Source: Leucoraja erinacea (taxonomy: Eukaryota). From it: 64,000 nt of DNA. The DNA is taken from the NCBI RefSeq assembly GCF_028641065.1, contig NC_073386.1:21328001-21392000 (forward strand). Direction: 5' to 3'. Both the position numbers and the translations under genes were made by a program. How positions within the stretch are numbered: the first letter of the stretch is position 1; each line of letters begins with the position of its first letter. Under the pieces are notes generated by a model, which saw only the letters and a program-made list of their open reading frames with translations, was not told the DNA's origin and made no database searches. Of the stretch, positions 61,300 to 64,000 are shown one piece after another.

Positions 61300-61440
61300 C
61301 CGGTACCTGTGGGTAAACCGGAGTGGGAACTACAGTTCCCAGAATGCTCCTTGGTGCGCGCAATGACGTCGAGCAAGCGACGCATTTTTAAACTGGGTGA
61401 AGCGGCGGCGGCGGTGAGTGATGGCGCCGGCCTTTAACTG
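61300..61440. promoter_or_regulatory. MMACHC (probably bidirectional) promoter with ZNF143/THAP11 motif, CRE and YY1-like site
   Basis: ACTACAGTTCCCAGAATGC 61329-61347, TGACGTC 61364-61370, ATGGCG 61421-61426, in CpG-rich sequence. Confidence 0.75.
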
Positions 61441-61602
61441 TCCGTTTATAATAGTAGATAACAGCGTGGGCAGCTGGTCCGGTTGGTGTTGACCCTCCCA
61501 GCCGCTGGGGAAGGGTCGAGCTGCAAAATTCCCGTTTGTTTCCCATTTAGTATAAAACTAAAAACGCGCTGTACCCGTTAAAAACGGCGGTTGCCGGGGC
61601 TG

Positions 61603-61662
61603 GTGGTGGAGGTGGAGGTGGAGGTGGAGGTGGAGGTGGAGGTGGAGGTGGAGGTGGAGGTT
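61603..61662. repeat. (GGAGGT)n microsatellite
   Basis: About 9 perfect hexamer units. Confidence 0.95.
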
Positions 61663-62204
61663 GTGGTTGTCCCCTCGGGTCTATATGCCTCCGCTCTCCT
61701 TCCCTAAAGCAAGTTCTCGACCTCCCCCTTCCTTGGTTTTCTTTCTAAGTGTTTCCCACTTTTGCAAAGTGTATTTACTAACAGTACATGTTACACTGTT
61801 CCTTTCCCAGATGTTAAAACATAGCCGATGAATTTCCAGTGATGATTTCTTGTTCCACTACTTCACTACCACGTCCGTTGTAACATAATATGTAGACTTG
61901 GGATAAGTTTCACGATTATGCCTGGATATTCAGCACTCCAGTCGTAGCATCATTGAAACCGGTAGCATAAAACTTAAAAGCAAGCTATTGAGTCTATCGT
62001 CTCCATGCCGACCAACCGTCTCAGTCTCATTGTTATTAAATCTTCTGTGAAAAACATTTTTTTCTTGCCCAGTATTGGAAATAGGATAATCGTCATACAA
62101 CAGGCCCTTCAGCCCAACTTGTCCATGCCCACCAAGATGACCATCTAAGCTAATTCCATATCGACCTTGACCCATATCGCTTTAATTTTTTCCTATCTAT
62201 CATG

Positions 62205-63400
62205 TATCTGACCAAGTGAGACAAAAGCATTGATAGGTTGTGAATTGTGAAACTAATGGAATGTAGATGGAAGGGGAGATTAAAACAAGTGTAACTCCAT
62301 GTGTGACACAGGGGAGAGAGGGGGTGGAGAAGAAGTGGGGGGCGGGGGGTGTTGTGGGTGATGAAGGGAGTGGAGGTAGGGCTTTGGAGTTACCTAAAAT
62401 TGGACAATTCAATGTTCATATTGTTGGGTTGTAAGCTTCCCATGCAGAATATGAGATGCTTTTCCTTCAGTTTGCACGTATGTATGCTCTGGCAATGGAG
62501 AAGGAACAAGACTGAAAGGTCATAATGGTTAGCAAGTGTTCAGTGAAATGATTGCCGGGTCTATGCTTGATCTCACTGATGTACAGGAGGGCACATTGGG
62601 AACACTGGATGCAGTAGATGAGGTTGGAGGAGGTGCATGTGAACCTCTGTTACACCCGGAAGGGCTGCTGTGGTCCCTGAATGGAGGTGAGGGAGGAGCT
62701 ATAAGGACAGGTGTTACACCTTGTGTGGTTGTAGGGGAAAGATGTTATAGGGGTGGTTTGGTGGGAAGGGTTGCATGAACCAAGGAGTTGTGGAGGAAGC
62801 GGTCTCTGTGGAAAGGGGTGAGGATGAGTTGATGTGACTGGTAGTGAGATCTTGTTGAGGGTGATGGCAATGTTCGACGTTGATGTGTTGAATGCATTGA
62901 ATGTGTTGAATGTGGAGTGAAAGATGAGGACGATGGAAGTTAGTGGTAAAGGTCCGTAGAAGGCCAGAAGAGGAATGTTGGAGATGGGAGAAGAGGCCGT
63001 CACTGGGAGGTGAGGACTCCTTCCCATAGAAAAAGGTCTGTAGGCGGAGGTGACAGATGAAAGGATCTGCATCATAGCAGTCCCGGAATTTGTCGAGGTG
63101 GGGCAGAGGAATACAAAGCTAAGGCCTCTATTGAGGACTGGTCATTCTGTATCAGAAAGTGGGAGGTTAGGGGGGATTGTGAAAACACAACGGGGGTGAG
63201 AGCCACGATCAGAGGGGTGGAAGATGACTGGCAAGGTACTATGGGAGGACAATGGGGGTTCAGAGAAGAGGGTGGTGCGAGTAGTGGTGTACAGGTGGGG
63301 AGTAGTAGAAATAGTGTGATACGGGTGGGAGGGTAGTAGAAGTAACATGGTATGGGGGGGGGGGAAGTAATAATGGCAATAAAGGGGGCTTTTTTGGGGG
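62205..63400 (-). mobile_element. Degenerate Penelope-like element (Cys-rich linker and GIY-YIG)
   Basis: ...NHTRCNTCPYSSSLTSIQGPQQPFRV followed by an NLIYCIQCSQC-like region. Confidence 0.7.
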
Positions 63401-63414
63401 TGGCTGCTAGTGAC

Positions 63415-64000
63415 TAATGGCTGCCAGTGACTAGCAGTGCTCGGTGCTGGGGCTGCTGCTCTTCATGCTGTATATTAATGATTTGGATGAGAGGATTGGA
63501 GGCGTTGTGGCCAAATTTGCAGATGATATGAAAATAGGTGGAGGGGCAGGTAGTGCAGGGACTCTGCAGAAGGACTTGGATAGGTGGGGAGAATGGCAGA
63601 TGGAATATACTGTGGCAAAGTGTGTAGTCAGGCATTTTGGTAGTAGCAATTCAGGCATAGATTATTTTCTAAATGGAAGGAGAATCCAGAAATCGTAGGT
63701 GCAGGATTCCCAAAAAGTTAATCTGCAAGTCGAATCAATCACAAAGAAAGCAAACGCAATACTAGCATATATTTCAAGATCGTACCAGCGTCACACCCCT
63801 GGTCTACAAAAGCAGGGATGTGATGCTGAGGCTCTATAAGGCACTGGTCAGGCCGCATTTGGAATATTGCAAGCAATTTTGGGCACCATATCTAAGGAAG
63901 CATGTACTGGCTCTAGTGTGGGTCCAGAGGAGGTTTACAAGAATTATCGCAGGAATGAGTAGGTTAACATATGATAAGCATTTGACGGCACTGGGTGTAT
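63415..64000 (+). mobile_element. CR1 LINE RT fragment (runs off the window)
   Basis: LLFMLYINDLDERIGGVVAKFADDMKIGG...LYKALVRPHLEYC. Confidence 0.9.

Overview
Vertebrate genomic DNA, most likely a cartilaginous fish such as a skate or ray. This is inferred from the repeat content (HE1/V-SINEs, CR1, L2, Rex1 and abundant Penelope-like elements). Three protein-coding genes were reconstructed exon by exon. (1) The 5' part of DMAP1 on the - strand, running off the left edge. (2) A complete 14-coding-exon, ~385-aa meiotic HORMA-domain gene on the + strand (18956-43716; HORMAD1-like, probably the fish paralog zte38), head-to-head with DMAP1. (3) A complete 4-exon, 235-aa MMACHC on the - strand (54130-61273), whose promoter carries a ZNF143/THAP11 motif. 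The rest is mostly transposon-derived: a full-length but disabled DD34E Tc1, TA-flanked MITEs, a Harbinger-type MITE, hAT and Helitron remnants, and LINE fragments. The most notable signals are minimal hammerhead-ribozyme cores in many Penelope pLTR copies (some inserted as ~200-bp palindromes with TSDs), a one-base frame discrepancy that splits the HORMAD closure motif, a phase-consistent chain of cryptic minus-strand exons between HORMAD and MMACHC, and a GC-rich non-autonomous retroelement family with a conserved 3' hairpin. There is one assembly gap (17241-17429). Family assignments come from recalled sequences, not database searches, and repeat boundaries without a stated TSD are approximate.
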